64,000 nucleotides of DNA, from assembly GCA_963844445.1 (NCBI GenBank), contig CAWJOB010000001.1, positions 27,500 to 91,499 on the forward strand, written 5' to 3'. A program made the translations under genes and the position numbers. The stretch is from an uncultured Gemmatimonadales bacterium. Lineage in GTDB: Bacteria; Gemmatimonadota; Gemmatimonadetes; Gemmatimonadales; GWC2-71-9. This document shows positions 50,293-59,317 of this stretch, one piece after another. The notes under the pieces were generated by a model, which saw only the letters and a program-made list of their open reading frames with translations, searched no databases and had not been told where the DNA came from. Numbering within the stretch: position 1 is the first letter of the stretch; every line of letters begins with the position of its first letter.

Positions 50293-50850
50293 TTACCGGT
50301 CATCGCGGCCCCGTTTGGCACACGCCGCCAAGAAGGGGCCGCGGTACCTCTCGAGGCCTGCGACCGGAAACTCTGCTGTCGTCTTGGAGGATCCTGCTCC
50401 GTCGGCATACTCGATAACTGCGCGCTGGCGACCGCTGAGGATCGCGAGCATGGAGTCTTGGGGAATAGTGAGGACCACCTGCCCACCTGACGCGGTTGTT
50501 CCGGCGAAGCCGGGAATGCGGCGAGGTGGATCCGCGTCCAGCTTCAGCCGTGTCTCCACACTGCCCTGCCGGAGCGCTTGGCCCGTCATGATCGTGCTGC
50601 TCGTCTGGCCTCGGAGACAATCGAAGCTCAGCATGACGGTGTCCGTCCGCGCCGCGCCTTGGGGCCCCTCCTTGCCGACGGCTCTAAGCCACGAGGTCTG
50701 GCGCATGCCGCCGTCAATCTCGGACCGGATCGTGTCCACCTTGAATTGCCATGCGTCCGTGCCGGAGCGAGGATCGTGACCACCGCAGCCCGCCACTAGC
50801 ACGATGGCTGAAAGAGTCGCTCGCAGGCTCAGTCCGGGAGCAGGCGCCAT
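50293..50850 (-). CDS. Lipoprotein, hypothetical
   Basis: It starts at ATG 50850 with the lipobox 'IVLVAGC'. It lies 31 nt downstream of the receiver gene on the same strand. Confidence 0.5.
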   Translation of the reverse strand: MAPAPGLSLRATLSAIVLVAGCGGHDPRSGTDAWQFKVDTIRSEIDGGMRQTSWLRAVGKEGPQGAARTDTVMLSFDCLRGQTSSTIMTGQALRQGSVETRLKLDADPPRRIPGFAGTTASGGQVVLTIPQDSMLAILSGRQRAVIEYADGAGSSKTTAEFPVAGLERYRGPFLAACAKRGRDDR

Positions 50851-50881
50851 AGTGACCACATCACCTCGCCGTCGACCAGAA

Positions 50882-51289
50882 CTAGACCTTGCCCGACTGG
50901 TGTGCGACCAAATCTCTGACCTTCTCAAGAAGTTGATCTGGGGTAAAGGGCTGCCGTATGGTGGGCACATCATCGAGCAAACCGTCGGGGTTTGGCATTG
51001 GGTCGCCGACATGCAGGATTGGCAATTCCGGTCTCTTGCTTCGGACTCCCTTGATGAGCTCTCGGTTGGTCACGACGCCCCACCGAGTATTGGTGACCAA
51101 AAGATCCAACTCGGGGATCAGGAGGGCCAACTCGCAGGCCGACTCACCATCGTAGGCGGCGAAAACGCAGTGCCCAGCGTCGCGGAGTGTGGTGACCAGG
51201 AAGGCCATGAGCGCGGGATCGTCGTCGGTGACGACGATTCGCCAGGGCCGGGAGGACACGACTGTCACGGGAAATCCTTCGCCCGGCAA
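50882..51289 (-). CDS. Single-domain response-regulator receiver with Asn at the phospho-acceptor position
   Basis: It has 'RIVVTDDDPALM', 'LDLLVTNTRWG' (D replaced by N) and 'RQPFTPDQLLEKV'. The start is TTG 51289 or GTG 51268. Confidence 0.7.
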   Translation of the reverse strand: MPGEGFPVTVVSSRPWRIVVTDDDPALMAFLVTTLRDAGHCVFAAYDGESACELALLIPELDLLVTNTRWGVVTNRELIKGVRSKRPELPILHVGDPMPNPDGLLDDVPTIRQPFTPDQLLEKVRDLVAHQSGKV

Positions 51290-51544
51290 GGACGGCCGGG
51301 AGCGGCAGATCAGTGGAGCGAGTGATCCCTAAAGCCTACCGCCTGGGACGCGTGAGCGGCAGGTCAGGTATGCGTCCTCCCTGCCGGGTGCCTCATCGCG
51401 GCGGCGCATCGGCTCCGTCTCACACCCGCCTCCTCGCCCTGGCCGACCGCCGTACTGCGCTATATCGTGTATTCGCCGCACCGCCTGCCGTGCGGGATTC
51501 GCCCGCGCGTCCCGGGCTCCGCGGCGTCTTCGGAGGGACGCATC

Positions 51545-52081
51545 ATGCGCAGCACGTTCATACCGTTGGCCGCCCTCGGCCTGCTCCTCGGGTGTGGGGG
51601 CGGTGCCGACCGAACCGCCGATCGCGAGCCTGGCGCAGCGGCCGACCAGTCCCAGGCCGACACAATGGCGTCGGCGTCCACGGCGGACACCGCGAGCGAT
51701 GGCGGGCTCACTTGGGGGCCGGCGCCGCCCGGTCTCCCCGCTGGAGCCCAAGCGGCGGTGGTCTCGGGCGACCCGACCAAGGCCGGCCCCTTCACTGTTC
51801 GGCTCGACATGCCGCCGGACTACGTGATTCGCCCGCACCATCACCCCACGAGCGAGGAGCTCCGCCTGGTCGAGGGCACAGTTCATGTAGGCCATGGGGC
51901 AAAGTGGGATGAGCAGGCCATGAAGGCGATTGCCACGGACAAGCCAGTGACGATGGGCGCCAAGGAGCCTCACTTCCTGCACGCTGCCAGCCGCGTCGTC
52001 CTGGAGGTCCAGAGCACAGGCCCCTTCGCGATCACCTACGTCGACCCGAAGGACGATCCGCGGACCGGCTCAACGCCTTGA
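51545..52081 (+). CDS. Cupin-domain lipoprotein
   Basis: It starts at ATG 51545 with the lipobox 'LLLGC'. It has 'PHHHPTSEELRLVEGTVHVGHG' and 'PHFLHA'. Confidence 0.6.
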   Translation: MRSTFIPLAALGLLLGCGGGADRTADREPGAAADQSQADTMASASTADTASDGGLTWGPAPPGLPAGAQAAVVSGDPTKAGPFTVRLDMPPDYVIRPHHHPTSEELRLVEGTVHVGHGAKWDEQAMKAIATDKPVTMGAKEPHFLHAASRVVLEVQSTGPFAITYVDPKDDPRTGSTP

Positions 52082-52153
52082 GCCGGCGATCGTGCCTTCC
52101 TCGCGGCGGCCGACCCTCGGCCTGCGGACGCGGGATAGGCTGATGCACAGCGC

Positions 52154-52190
52154 AAGGGGTCAGCCTTCACAGACTGACCCCTTTGTGTTT
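52154..52190. terminator. Bidirectional rho-independent-type terminator between convergent genes
   Basis: A perfect 10-bp stem AAGGGGTCAG/CTGACCCCTT with a 10-nt loop is followed by TGTGTTT on the + strand. Confidence 0.6.
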
Positions 52191-52210
52191 ACCCCTCTGG
52201 TGCGCGATGG

Positions 52211-52444
52211 CTAAGATCGTCGAGCTGCGTCTGGCAGAGGTCGCATGGCCCCGTCTTCCGTCACCTCGATGCGGCGCACGTCCAGCGGTCCCACTGCCGC
52301 GTCCCATTCCTCGTAGGTGAACCCGAGCCCCGATTCACCGGGATGTATCGTCTCCTCGAAGTCACCCTTAGTGTGGCCGATTTCGCTGCGCGTCTGCAAG
52401 ATGAGCCTGGCGCCGGTCTTGGTCCTCCTGACAGAGATCATCAT
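52211..52444 (-). CDS. Hypothetical small protein
   Basis: It starts at ATG 52444: 'MMISVRRTKTGARLILQTRSEIGHTKGDFEETIHPGESGLGFTYEEWDAAVG...'. It lies 17 nt downstream of YPYL protein A. Confidence 0.4.
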   Translation of the reverse strand: MMISVRRTKTGARLILQTRSEIGHTKGDFEETIHPGESGLGFTYEEWDAAVGPLDVRRIEVTEDGAMRPLPDAARRS

Positions 52445-52461
52445 AAAGCACGACACTTTCC

Positions 52462-52680
52462 TCAGGCGAGGTCCGCGGCGGTCGCCGGCCCCCCGCGGAA
52501 CACGAAATCTTGGTCTGAGAGAACCCGATTCACGCGATTCACGGCCGCGGCGGGGATTCCCCGGTACTCTGCCACCAGCGCCGCGAGGCGACCGGCAGCC
52601 GTCCACATACGTGCTGGTAGGTATGGGTACGACTCGACCGCGGTGGGCTTAAGTGCAGCTTCACGAACAGGTTGCGCCAT
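52462..52680 (-). CDS. Small 'YPYL...FxFRG' protein, paralogue A (unknown family)
   Basis: It starts at ATG 52680. 'ESYPYLPARMWTAAGRLAALVAE...LSDQDFVFRGG' aligns with the product of 55051..55332. Confidence 0.5.
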   Translation of the reverse strand: MAQPVREAALKPTAVESYPYLPARMWTAAGRLAALVAEYRGIPAAAVNRVNRVLSDQDFVFRGGPATAADLA

Positions 52681-52917
52681 GACAACTCCCACGATTCGGC
52701 GGTGGGCAATTCCACCTCCGCCTTCGTGATACACACTACGCGAGCGTTGCACCTGATGATGTGAGCCGGCCCACCATCCTCAGCGCTCCATAGAACGCGG
52801 GCGACCCTCGCCGAGCGGGCGATAGGTGCTGAACGGTTTGTAGAGGTTGGGTAGGTCTTCCGGCGGACCCCTTCGCTTCGCTGAATGGGGATTGACGCTT
52901 CCGCCGACCTCTCTTCG

Positions 52918-53085
52918 TCAGGCTGCCCCGCGCTCTTGCTGGTCCACGTCTTCCGCCGTCCGTTCGTGCTCGCGGTACCACTCCTCCGACTGCTCATCGG
53001 CCGCGCCTCCGGCGGCACAGATGGCGCAGATCGCGATGATGAGGCAAGCCCAGACGAAGGCGAGCACCCCAAGCACTGAGAGCAT
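52918..53085 (-). CDS. Small single-TM protein, hypothetical (below the ORF-track length cutoff)
   Basis: Manual translation from ATG 53085 gives 'MLSVLGVLAFVWACLIIAICAICAAGGAADEQSEEWYREHERTAEDVDQQERGAA'. Confidence 0.35.
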   Translation of the reverse strand: MLSVLGVLAFVWACLIIAICAICAAGGAADEQSEEWYREHERTAEDVDQQERGAA

Positions 53086-53311
53086 ACAATCAGGCGCCGC
53101 AACCGGGATGCCGTACTGCGAGGATTGGGCAGCTCTCAGGCAAGCAACGGGTTAGCCCGGACAGCTGCACGGAGCGCCGGAGCGCGGCTCTCTCATCCTG
53201 CAGTGACACCTCATGCAGTGGCTGCAATGCGCTGCAGACGACTGCGATCACAACGGCAGCTGTTTCGTGAACCCCAGCTCGTGCTCCGCTCAGGCCGCCG
53301 GCCCACCCTGG

Positions 53312-53794
53312 TCAATGTGGTCCGAGGATCCGCCGGCGCGTTCGCTCTCTACGCGCTGTGACCGAGTGGAGCGTGGGAATGGGACGAACTGGCCCCAGGA
53401 GTGCCATCAGCGCGCCGAACAGGTCGGCGAGCCGGATGGGTTTGAGCAGGTGCGGGAGGTCCCGGTAGCCGCCGAGGAGCTCGGCGCTGCGGGGCTCCTG
53501 GAGGTCCGCTATGAGAATCACGCGCATGGTGTGGTCGAGCTCCAGAACGCGCTCCAGCAGCTCGCCACCATCCCTCTCTGTCATCCCCAGGTCGGCAATC
53601 AAGACGCTCACCCCTCGGGGATGACTCTGGACGAACCGGAGCGCGTCGGCTCCCCGCCGGCAACTGCGGGTCGGGTAGCCCAAGCCTCGAATCATGCGGC
53701 TGATCCCGAGGCGTTCAGCATGGTCGGCGTCCACGACGAGAACTAGAGGACCGGGGTGCAGAGGGGCGATGGCGGCGCCAGCAGAGTCGGACAT
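53312..53794 (-). CDS. Single-domain response-regulator receiver
   Basis: It starts at ATG 53794. It has 'LVLVVDADHAE', 'VLIADLGMTERDG' and 'LLKPIRLADL'. Confidence 0.7.
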   Translation of the reverse strand: MSDSAGAAIAPLHPGPLVLVVDADHAERLGISRMIRGLGYPTRSCRRGADALRFVQSHPRGVSVLIADLGMTERDGGELLERVLELDHTMRVILIADLQEPRSAELLGGYRDLPHLLKPIRLADLFGALMALLGPVRPIPTLHSVTARRERTRRRILGPH

Positions 53795-53952
53795 GAGGAC
53801 CCCGAGGACATCGAGAGCTATCCGGTATCTGGGTCCTCGCCACGTCGAGGACTGATACGATGAGCCGCGAGGCACCCCGAATGCCCGCCGGTGCAGGATA
53901 GCCCGGCCGTCCCGCCAGAGGCTGTGACGTAGACCACCAGAGCCGGCCCCCC

Positions 53953-54378
53953 CTAGGGAGTGGCGGGAGTCCGACTCTCCCGCTTGGGCCTGCCTGGCAT
54001 TTCAAGCGCAATCTCGATGAGCTCCTCGACTTGGCCACTCGCGAAAGGCTTCTGAAGGAGCGGCACCTTCCGGCCCTTCGCGCCCACTGGCATCAGCCCG
54101 GCAGGGGAGTAGGCAGACATGAGGATCACGGGGAGACCAGGATACTCTTCGGCAATGACGGCTGCGAACTCGGTGCCGTTCATGTCCGGCATTACGATGT
54201 CCGACAGCACCAGATCCAGGCTGCCGCGCCGCATTCGGACCACCTCGAGCGCTTCGCGGCCATGGCTGGCCTCGAGGACGGTATGGCCCCGAGCGATCAG
54301 CTGACTCCGGAGTGTGACGCGAACGCCGTCTTCGTCATCCACGATGAGGATCGTGCCGGTACGATGGGGATGAGACAT
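53953..54378 (-). CDS. Single-domain response-regulator receiver (canonical CheY-like)
   Basis: It starts at ATG 54378. It has 'ILIVDDEDGVR', 'DLVLSDIVMPDMNG', 'VILMSAY' and 'LLQKPF'. Confidence 0.8.
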   Translation of the reverse strand: MSHPHRTGTILIVDDEDGVRVTLRSQLIARGHTVLEASHGREALEVVRMRRGSLDLVLSDIVMPDMNGTEFAAVIAEEYPGLPVILMSAYSPAGLMPVGAKGRKVPLLQKPFASGQVEELIEIALEMPGRPKRESRTPATP

Positions 54379-54532
54379 GACGCCTCCAAGCACAAGGGCA
54401 TGGATCGGCGCCTCTCCCCACGAGAAGAGACTGTTGCGGTGGACAGTTGCCCGAGAAGCTAGTCTAGCGCACTGACTAGGGCTCGCAAGAGTAAGCGTCG
54501 AGCGGGTCCCGAATACCATCCTCCTCGCCGGT

Positions 54533-54946
54533 CTAGCGTGAGCCGTTCGCGGCCTTCCCGTTAAGGATCGGCGCAACAGCCTCCCGTAGGTTCCTGACCG
54601 TGAAGGGTTCGCGCAGTATCGGCACGTCTTCGGGAAGCTGGGCTTCTGCCTCCGGAGAGGACCGACCGAGGTTGGCGAGATAGATGATGGGCAGGGTGGG
54701 CAGCCGCTTGCGGAGATACAGGATCAGCTCAACGCCGTCCGAGCCCTCGACCTTGGTATTACAAATGACTAGATCGCAGGTGCCCAGGCCCATGGCCAGC
54801 TGCGTAGCGGAGAGTACATCGTAGGCGTGGAACACGGCGTGGCCATCGTCCCGCAGCGTCTGGAGTATCATGTCGACTATGCGGCGGTCCTCGTCGGCGA
54901 CGACAATGTGCCGGCCGGTGAAAGCCGGTGGAATCCGGGCACACAT
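54533..54946 (-). CDS. Single-domain receiver with Asn at the phospho-acceptor position (paralogue of 50882..51289)
   Basis: It starts at ATG 54946. It has 'HIVVADEDRRIV', 'CDLVICNTKVEG' and 'LREPFTVRNLREAV'. Confidence 0.7.
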   Translation of the reverse strand: MCARIPPAFTGRHIVVADEDRRIVDMILQTLRDDGHAVFHAYDVLSATQLAMGLGTCDLVICNTKVEGSDGVELILYLRKRLPTLPIIYLANLGRSSPEAEAQLPEDVPILREPFTVRNLREAVAPILNGKAANGSR

Positions 54947-55050
54947 TGTAAGCCTTAGGACCCGGGAGACATCCGGGAGTGGCAGGCAGCGGAGGGACTG
55001 CAACTACCCTTAAGATACCGCCGTGTACCGGTGAAAGGGTCGGTGAGGCA

Positions 55051-55332
55051 CTACGAGGCATCCTCCCGGCGGCGCGGGCCGGCGGGTGGCCTGAACTCAC
55101 TGCCCCGAAACTCGAAGTGATCTGGGTCGAGCGCCCGCTCTCTGCTGATGAACCTGCCGTCCGGGCGACCCAGGATGTTGGCTACCACCCGTTCGGACAG
55201 CACCGCCGCCGATTCCCAGATCCCCGGTACCAGGTAGGGGTACTGGCCGGTAAACTCGGGCCGGAGCCGTGCCTCCCGCGAGCCTGACTTGGCGCGGGAG
55301 GGTTCCAATTCTGGTCCAGGAGTGATCAGCAT
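55051..55332 (-). CDS. Small 'YPYL...FxFRG' protein, paralogue B (unknown family)
   Basis: It starts at ATG 55332 and has 'GQYPYLVPGIWESAAVLSERVVANILGRPDGRFISRERALDPDHFEFRGSE'. Confidence 0.5.
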   Translation of the reverse strand: MLITPGPELEPSRAKSGSREARLRPEFTGQYPYLVPGIWESAAVLSERVVANILGRPDGRFISRERALDPDHFEFRGSEFRPPAGPRRREDAS

Positions 55333-55369
55333 CGGCGTCTCCTGTTGCGAAGGAGGATTCTGGCCTGGC

Positions 55370-56650
55370 TCATTTGATGAAGACCACCGCCACCTCATTG
55401 GCCACCAGGGCGGTGCGCCCATCCGCGGTAAACACCACGTTGCGGGGCGTGCCACCGACGAGGAGGGTTTTCAGCGGTGCGCGCGACGCTCGGTCGAGTA
55501 TTCGGACTTCACCGACTTGGGCCAGAAGCAGATAGATCTGAGCGCCATCCGGCGTGAGCCCGAGGCCATACCCCGCCGTGCCGAAGCTGAGCTGGGTGAC
55601 GTCACCGGAGGCTACATTCACGATGTCCAATCCGTGCACCTCGTTGGCCACGTACAGCTCACCTCCGTCCGGGGCGACAGCCAGCCGCTGCGGCATTCCA
55701 CCGAGAGGGTAGGTGCGGGTGATCGTGTTCGTGGCCGGATCGATGGCCACTACGGTCCCCGCGTCCCGGGAGCTCACGTAGAGGACATCGCCGTCGGGAC
55801 TGAAGGCCAGCCCATTCGCGGCCGCCCCGACGGGGAGTGTGGTGACGACCTCATAGGTGCCAGCATTGACGACGTAGAGGGTACCGTCGGCGGTGGTCAC
55901 GTAGACGCGCTGGCCATCCGGCGCGACCAGGAGGTTGAACCCATCACTGGTCAGGGGGACGGCAGTGACGAGGGTGTTCGTGATAGCGTCCACCACCGCC
56001 AGACCGCGACCGGTTTGGAGCGTCGCGAAGACCGCGGTGCCGGCAGGATTGAACGCCACGTGCGGCGGCGTGAGACCGACTTCCACCGGCGAGTCGAAGG
56101 TCATGGTCGCCACGTCGCCCCTGATCAACGAACTGCTGCCGATGAGCGCGGCATAGGCAACGCCACTCGAGGCCACAGCCACACCGTAGGGACCTCCGCT
56201 CAAGAGGATCGTGCGCGCAACCACCCCGGCGGGATGTGCAACCGGCAGCACCGTGCACGCGACGGTGAGTATCACCTCGATCGTCTGATTGACTGCCAAG
56301 GTGACCGGGCGCGGGTTGTCACCGGTGAGGCTGCAATTCTGGGCAAGGCCAGTCAGCTGGAGTGAGTGCTCGCCCTGAGCAAGGCCGGTCAGAGTGAGAC
56401 TCTCGCTGACGCCTATGCTGCTGGATGGGTTCCCGTCGAGGGAGAAGCTGTAGCCGTCGGGATCAGCATCTGGACCGGTGGTGGACGTGGTGAGTCGGAG
56501 CGCCGCTGAACCAAGTTCATCGGGTGGCTCGGTGTTCCCGCCGCACGCGATCGTGGCTGCCGCAAGGACGCACCAGAGCCGCCGGCCGAGCAGGCGGTTG
56601 GCGCGGGCTGCAGCACCCAGCGAAGCGTCGTCGAGGGTTTCCGGGCTCAT
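55370..56650 (-). CDS. Lipoprotein with Ig-like region and YVTN-type beta-propeller repeats
   Basis: It starts at ATG 56650 with the lipobox 'AATIACG'. The repeats include 'PDGQRVYVTTADGTLYVV', 'SPDGDVLYVSSRDAGTVVAID' and 'APDGGELYVANE'. Confidence 0.75.
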   Translation of the reverse strand: MSPETLDDASLGAAARANRLLGRRLWCVLAAATIACGGNTEPPDELGSAALRLTTSTTGPDADPDGYSFSLDGNPSSSIGVSESLTLTGLAQGEHSLQLTGLAQNCSLTGDNPRPVTLAVNQTIEVILTVACTVLPVAHPAGVVARTILLSGGPYGVAVASSGVAYAALIGSSSLIRGDVATMTFDSPVEVGLTPPHVAFNPAGTAVFATLQTGRGLAVVDAITNTLVTAVPLTSDGFNLLVAPDGQRVYVTTADGTLYVVNAGTYEVVTTLPVGAAANGLAFSPDGDVLYVSSRDAGTVVAIDPATNTITRTYPLGGMPQRLAVAPDGGELYVANEVHGLDIVNVASGDVTQLSFGTAGYGLGLTPDGAQIYLLLAQVGEVRILDRASRAPLKTLLVGGTPRNVVFTADGRTALVANEVAVVFIK

Positions 56651-56771
56651 GGAAATCCTGACCTGGAAGCCTGGGCGCGGGTGCCCATGGGCGGTGGTTT
56701 ATGGAGGATGCGACCAATGTACGTGAGCGCGCGAGCCCGAGGAAGATGATGAGAATTGCACCAACATCGTT

Positions 56772-59285
56772 GTGAGCAAGTCCGACGATGCGACCCACAC
56801 CGCAATCGAGAAACCGGCATTCCTGACCGGTGTGTTTCTGATCACCTTCTCGATCCTGGTGTTCCAGATCGCCCAGACCCGCATTCTGTCGGTCATTGCC
56901 TGGTATGCCCTGGCCTTCTTCGCTATCAGCGTGGCCATGCTGGGCATGACCGTCGGCGCGGTATGGGTCTATCTGCGGCCCGAACGGTTCCAGCCGCAGA
57001 GCTTGCCCGCGAACCTGACGAACCACGCATTGGCCTGCGCGGTCAGCATTCCCGCCTCCCTCATGGTCCAGTTCTCCCTGATCACCAGCATCTCGCTTTC
57101 GGCTTCGACGGTGATTTCCTGGGGCCTGCTGACGGCGGCAATGGCCGTGCCCTATGTCTTCGCCGGCATCGTGGTGAGCCTGGCGCTGACGCGCGGGCCT
57201 TTCCCGGTGGCCGAGGTCTATGGCGTCGACCTGTTGGGGGCGGCGCTGGGCTGCGTGGCGGTGGTGTTGCTCCTGAATGTGTTGGATGCTCCGACGACCG
57301 TCATGTGCACCGGCGTTGTCGCTGCTCTTTCTGCCTGGTATTTCGACGCCTCGGCGCGCGAGTCGGGCCGGGAGAAGCAGCGCCTCCGCCCATGGTGGCA
57401 GCGTCCGGGGTTGGTTCTGTCGGCTCTGCTGGTGCTGACCTTGCTCAACGCCCTGACTCCGGTGGGCCTGCGTCCCATCCTGGTGAAGGGCACCGTGGAG
57501 TTCTCCGGGTTGGACCGCTTCGAGAAGTGGAACTCCTATTCGCGCGTCGTGGCGACGCGGCCGGCCACGGTTCGGCCGCATCTCTGGGGCCCCTCGCCGA
57601 AGTTGCCCAGGGATCTCGTCACCCAGCAGGCGATGCTGACCATCGACGGCATGGCCAGCTCGGCGATGTATCACTACGACGGCACGCGCGAGACTCTTGA
57701 TTTCCTGCACTACGACCTGGTGAATCTGGCGTACAATCTGCCGGGCATATCCAAAGCCGCGATCATCGGCGTCGGCGGCGGTCGCGACATCCTATCGGCG
57801 CACGCGTATGGAGTGCCGCAGATCACCGGCGTGGAGCTCAATCCCATTTTCATCGACCTGCATACCCGCGATGGCTTCTACAAGAGCTTTTCCAACTTGA
57901 CGGCGCTGCCCAACCTGAAGCTGTACGTCGACGACGCCCGCAGCTGGTTCGCCAGCACCGAGCAGAGATTCGACCTGATCCAGATGAGCATGATCGACAC
58001 CTGGGCGGCGACCGGTGCGGGAGCGTTCAGCCTCAGCGAGAACGGGCTCTACACACTGGAGGGCTGGCGAGCTTTCCTGGAGACGCTCGAGGATGACGGT
58101 GTCTTTACCGTCAGCCGGTGGTACGATCCCGGTGACGTCAACGAGACAGGTCGCATGATCGGCCTGGCCACGGCGACCCTGCTGGATGCCGGTGTGGCGG
58201 ACGCGCGGCCCTATCTGTTCGTCGCCCGCGCCGATCATATCGCGACCCTGCTGCTGTCCAAGCGTCCGTTTACCGCTGATCAGCTGCATGTCCTGCACGG
58301 CGCGATCGACCGGCTCGGTTTCCGCGTGCTGTTGGCACCCGACCGTCCTGCCACGTCCGAGCTCCTGGCCGCGATGGTCGGCAGCAAGGACATAGCCAGC
58401 CTGAACGACATCTCGTCGCGCGCCTATCTCGATCTCACCGTGCCCACCGACGACCGGCCCTTTTTCTTCAACCAGCTGCGCTTCTCCGACATTCCGAACG
58501 CGGTCATGCGTTGGCTCCGCGGCGACTACTTCGCGGGTGTGATCAGAGGCAATCTGCTGGCGTCAGCGGTTCTGATCCTGATCCTGTTCATCTCCATTGT
58601 CGCGGTGAGCGGCACCATTCTCGTGCCGCTGTTGGGTGCAGTGCGGCATCGACCCCTACCCCTGATGGTCGCTGGGAGCGCCTATTTTTCGTTGATCGGT
58701 ATGGGATTCATGCTGGCGGAGATCGCGCTGCTGCAGTACTTCAGCATCTATCTCGGACATCCCATCTACGCGCTCGGGGTGTGTCTGTTCAGTCTGATCC
58801 TGGCGACCGGCCTGGGAAGCCTCGCTTCGAGCCGGGTCGATGTCGGCTCGCCGCGCGGCATGTTGATGTGGAGCGCCGCAGTTGTGGTGTATCTGGTAGG
58901 CGTTCAGCAATGGCTGGCGGACGTGTTCCATGCGACGACCGACCGCGATCTCCCGGTGCGCATCGCGGTATCCCTTCTGGTGGTGATGCCCCTAGGCTTC
59001 CTGCTTGGATTCGCCTTTCCCACGGGCATGAAGCTGGTCGAAGCGGTGGACAAGGAGCCGGCGCCTTGGTTCTGGGGCATCAACGGCGCTACCGGCGTCC
59101 TCGCCTCGGTGCTGGCGGTGATGCTGAGTATGGCGTTCGGTATCCGGGTGACACTCTTGGTGTCGAGCCTGTGCTACCTCGGCTTGATCCCGGCCGGCTA
59201 TGCGCTGAGGAGCCTGCAACAGCCAGGCCGAGCGCCACTCGCGTCGCCTCGATCGCCGCGTTTACCCGCTCCCAGTCCGCCATGA
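56772..59285 (+). CDS. Polytopic membrane protein with central spermidine-synthase-like (class I MTase fold) domain
   Basis: This intact 837-aa ORF starts at GTG. It has N- and C-terminal multi-TM blocks. The centre carries 'AAIIGVGGGRDILSA', 'ITGVELNP' and 'FDLIQMSMIDTWAATGAGAFSLSENGLYT'. Confidence 0.75.
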   Translation: MSKSDDATHTAIEKPAFLTGVFLITFSILVFQIAQTRILSVIAWYALAFFAISVAMLGMTVGAVWVYLRPERFQPQSLPANLTNHALACAVSIPASLMVQFSLITSISLSASTVISWGLLTAAMAVPYVFAGIVVSLALTRGPFPVAEVYGVDLLGAALGCVAVVLLLNVLDAPTTVMCTGVVAALSAWYFDASARESGREKQRLRPWWQRPGLVLSALLVLTLLNALTPVGLRPILVKGTVEFSGLDRFEKWNSYSRVVATRPATVRPHLWGPSPKLPRDLVTQQAMLTIDGMASSAMYHYDGTRETLDFLHYDLVNLAYNLPGISKAAIIGVGGGRDILSAHAYGVPQITGVELNPIFIDLHTRDGFYKSFSNLTALPNLKLYVDDARSWFASTEQRFDLIQMSMIDTWAATGAGAFSLSENGLYTLEGWRAFLETLEDDGVFTVSRWYDPGDVNETGRMIGLATATLLDAGVADARPYLFVARADHIATLLLSKRPFTADQLHVLHGAIDRLGFRVLLAPDRPATSELLAAMVGSKDIASLNDISSRAYLDLTVPTDDRPFFFNQLRFSDIPNAVMRWLRGDYFAGVIRGNLLASAVLILILFISIVAVSGTILVPLLGAVRHRPLPLMVAGSAYFSLIGMGFMLAEIALLQYFSIYLGHPIYALGVCLFSLILATGLGSLASSRVDVGSPRGMLMWSAAVVVYLVGVQQWLADVFHATTDRDLPVRIAVSLLVVMPLGFLLGFAFPTGMKLVEAVDKEPAPWFWGINGATGVLASVLAVMLSMAFGIRVTLLVSSLCYLGLIPAGYALRSLQQPGRAPLASPRSPRLPAPSPP

Positions 59286-59317
59286 CCAGCCGCCGGCGAT
59301 CACGATCTCGGTAAGTC

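Noticed and set aside
52539-53102. A 187-aa minus-strand ORF and overlapping ORFs (52736..52981, 52847..53155, 52885..53079) upstream of YPYL protein A.
   Set aside because: These ORFs overlap one another and are Ser/Arg/Pro-rich with no motifs. Only the short TM-containing ORF 52918..53085 in this region looks protein-like.
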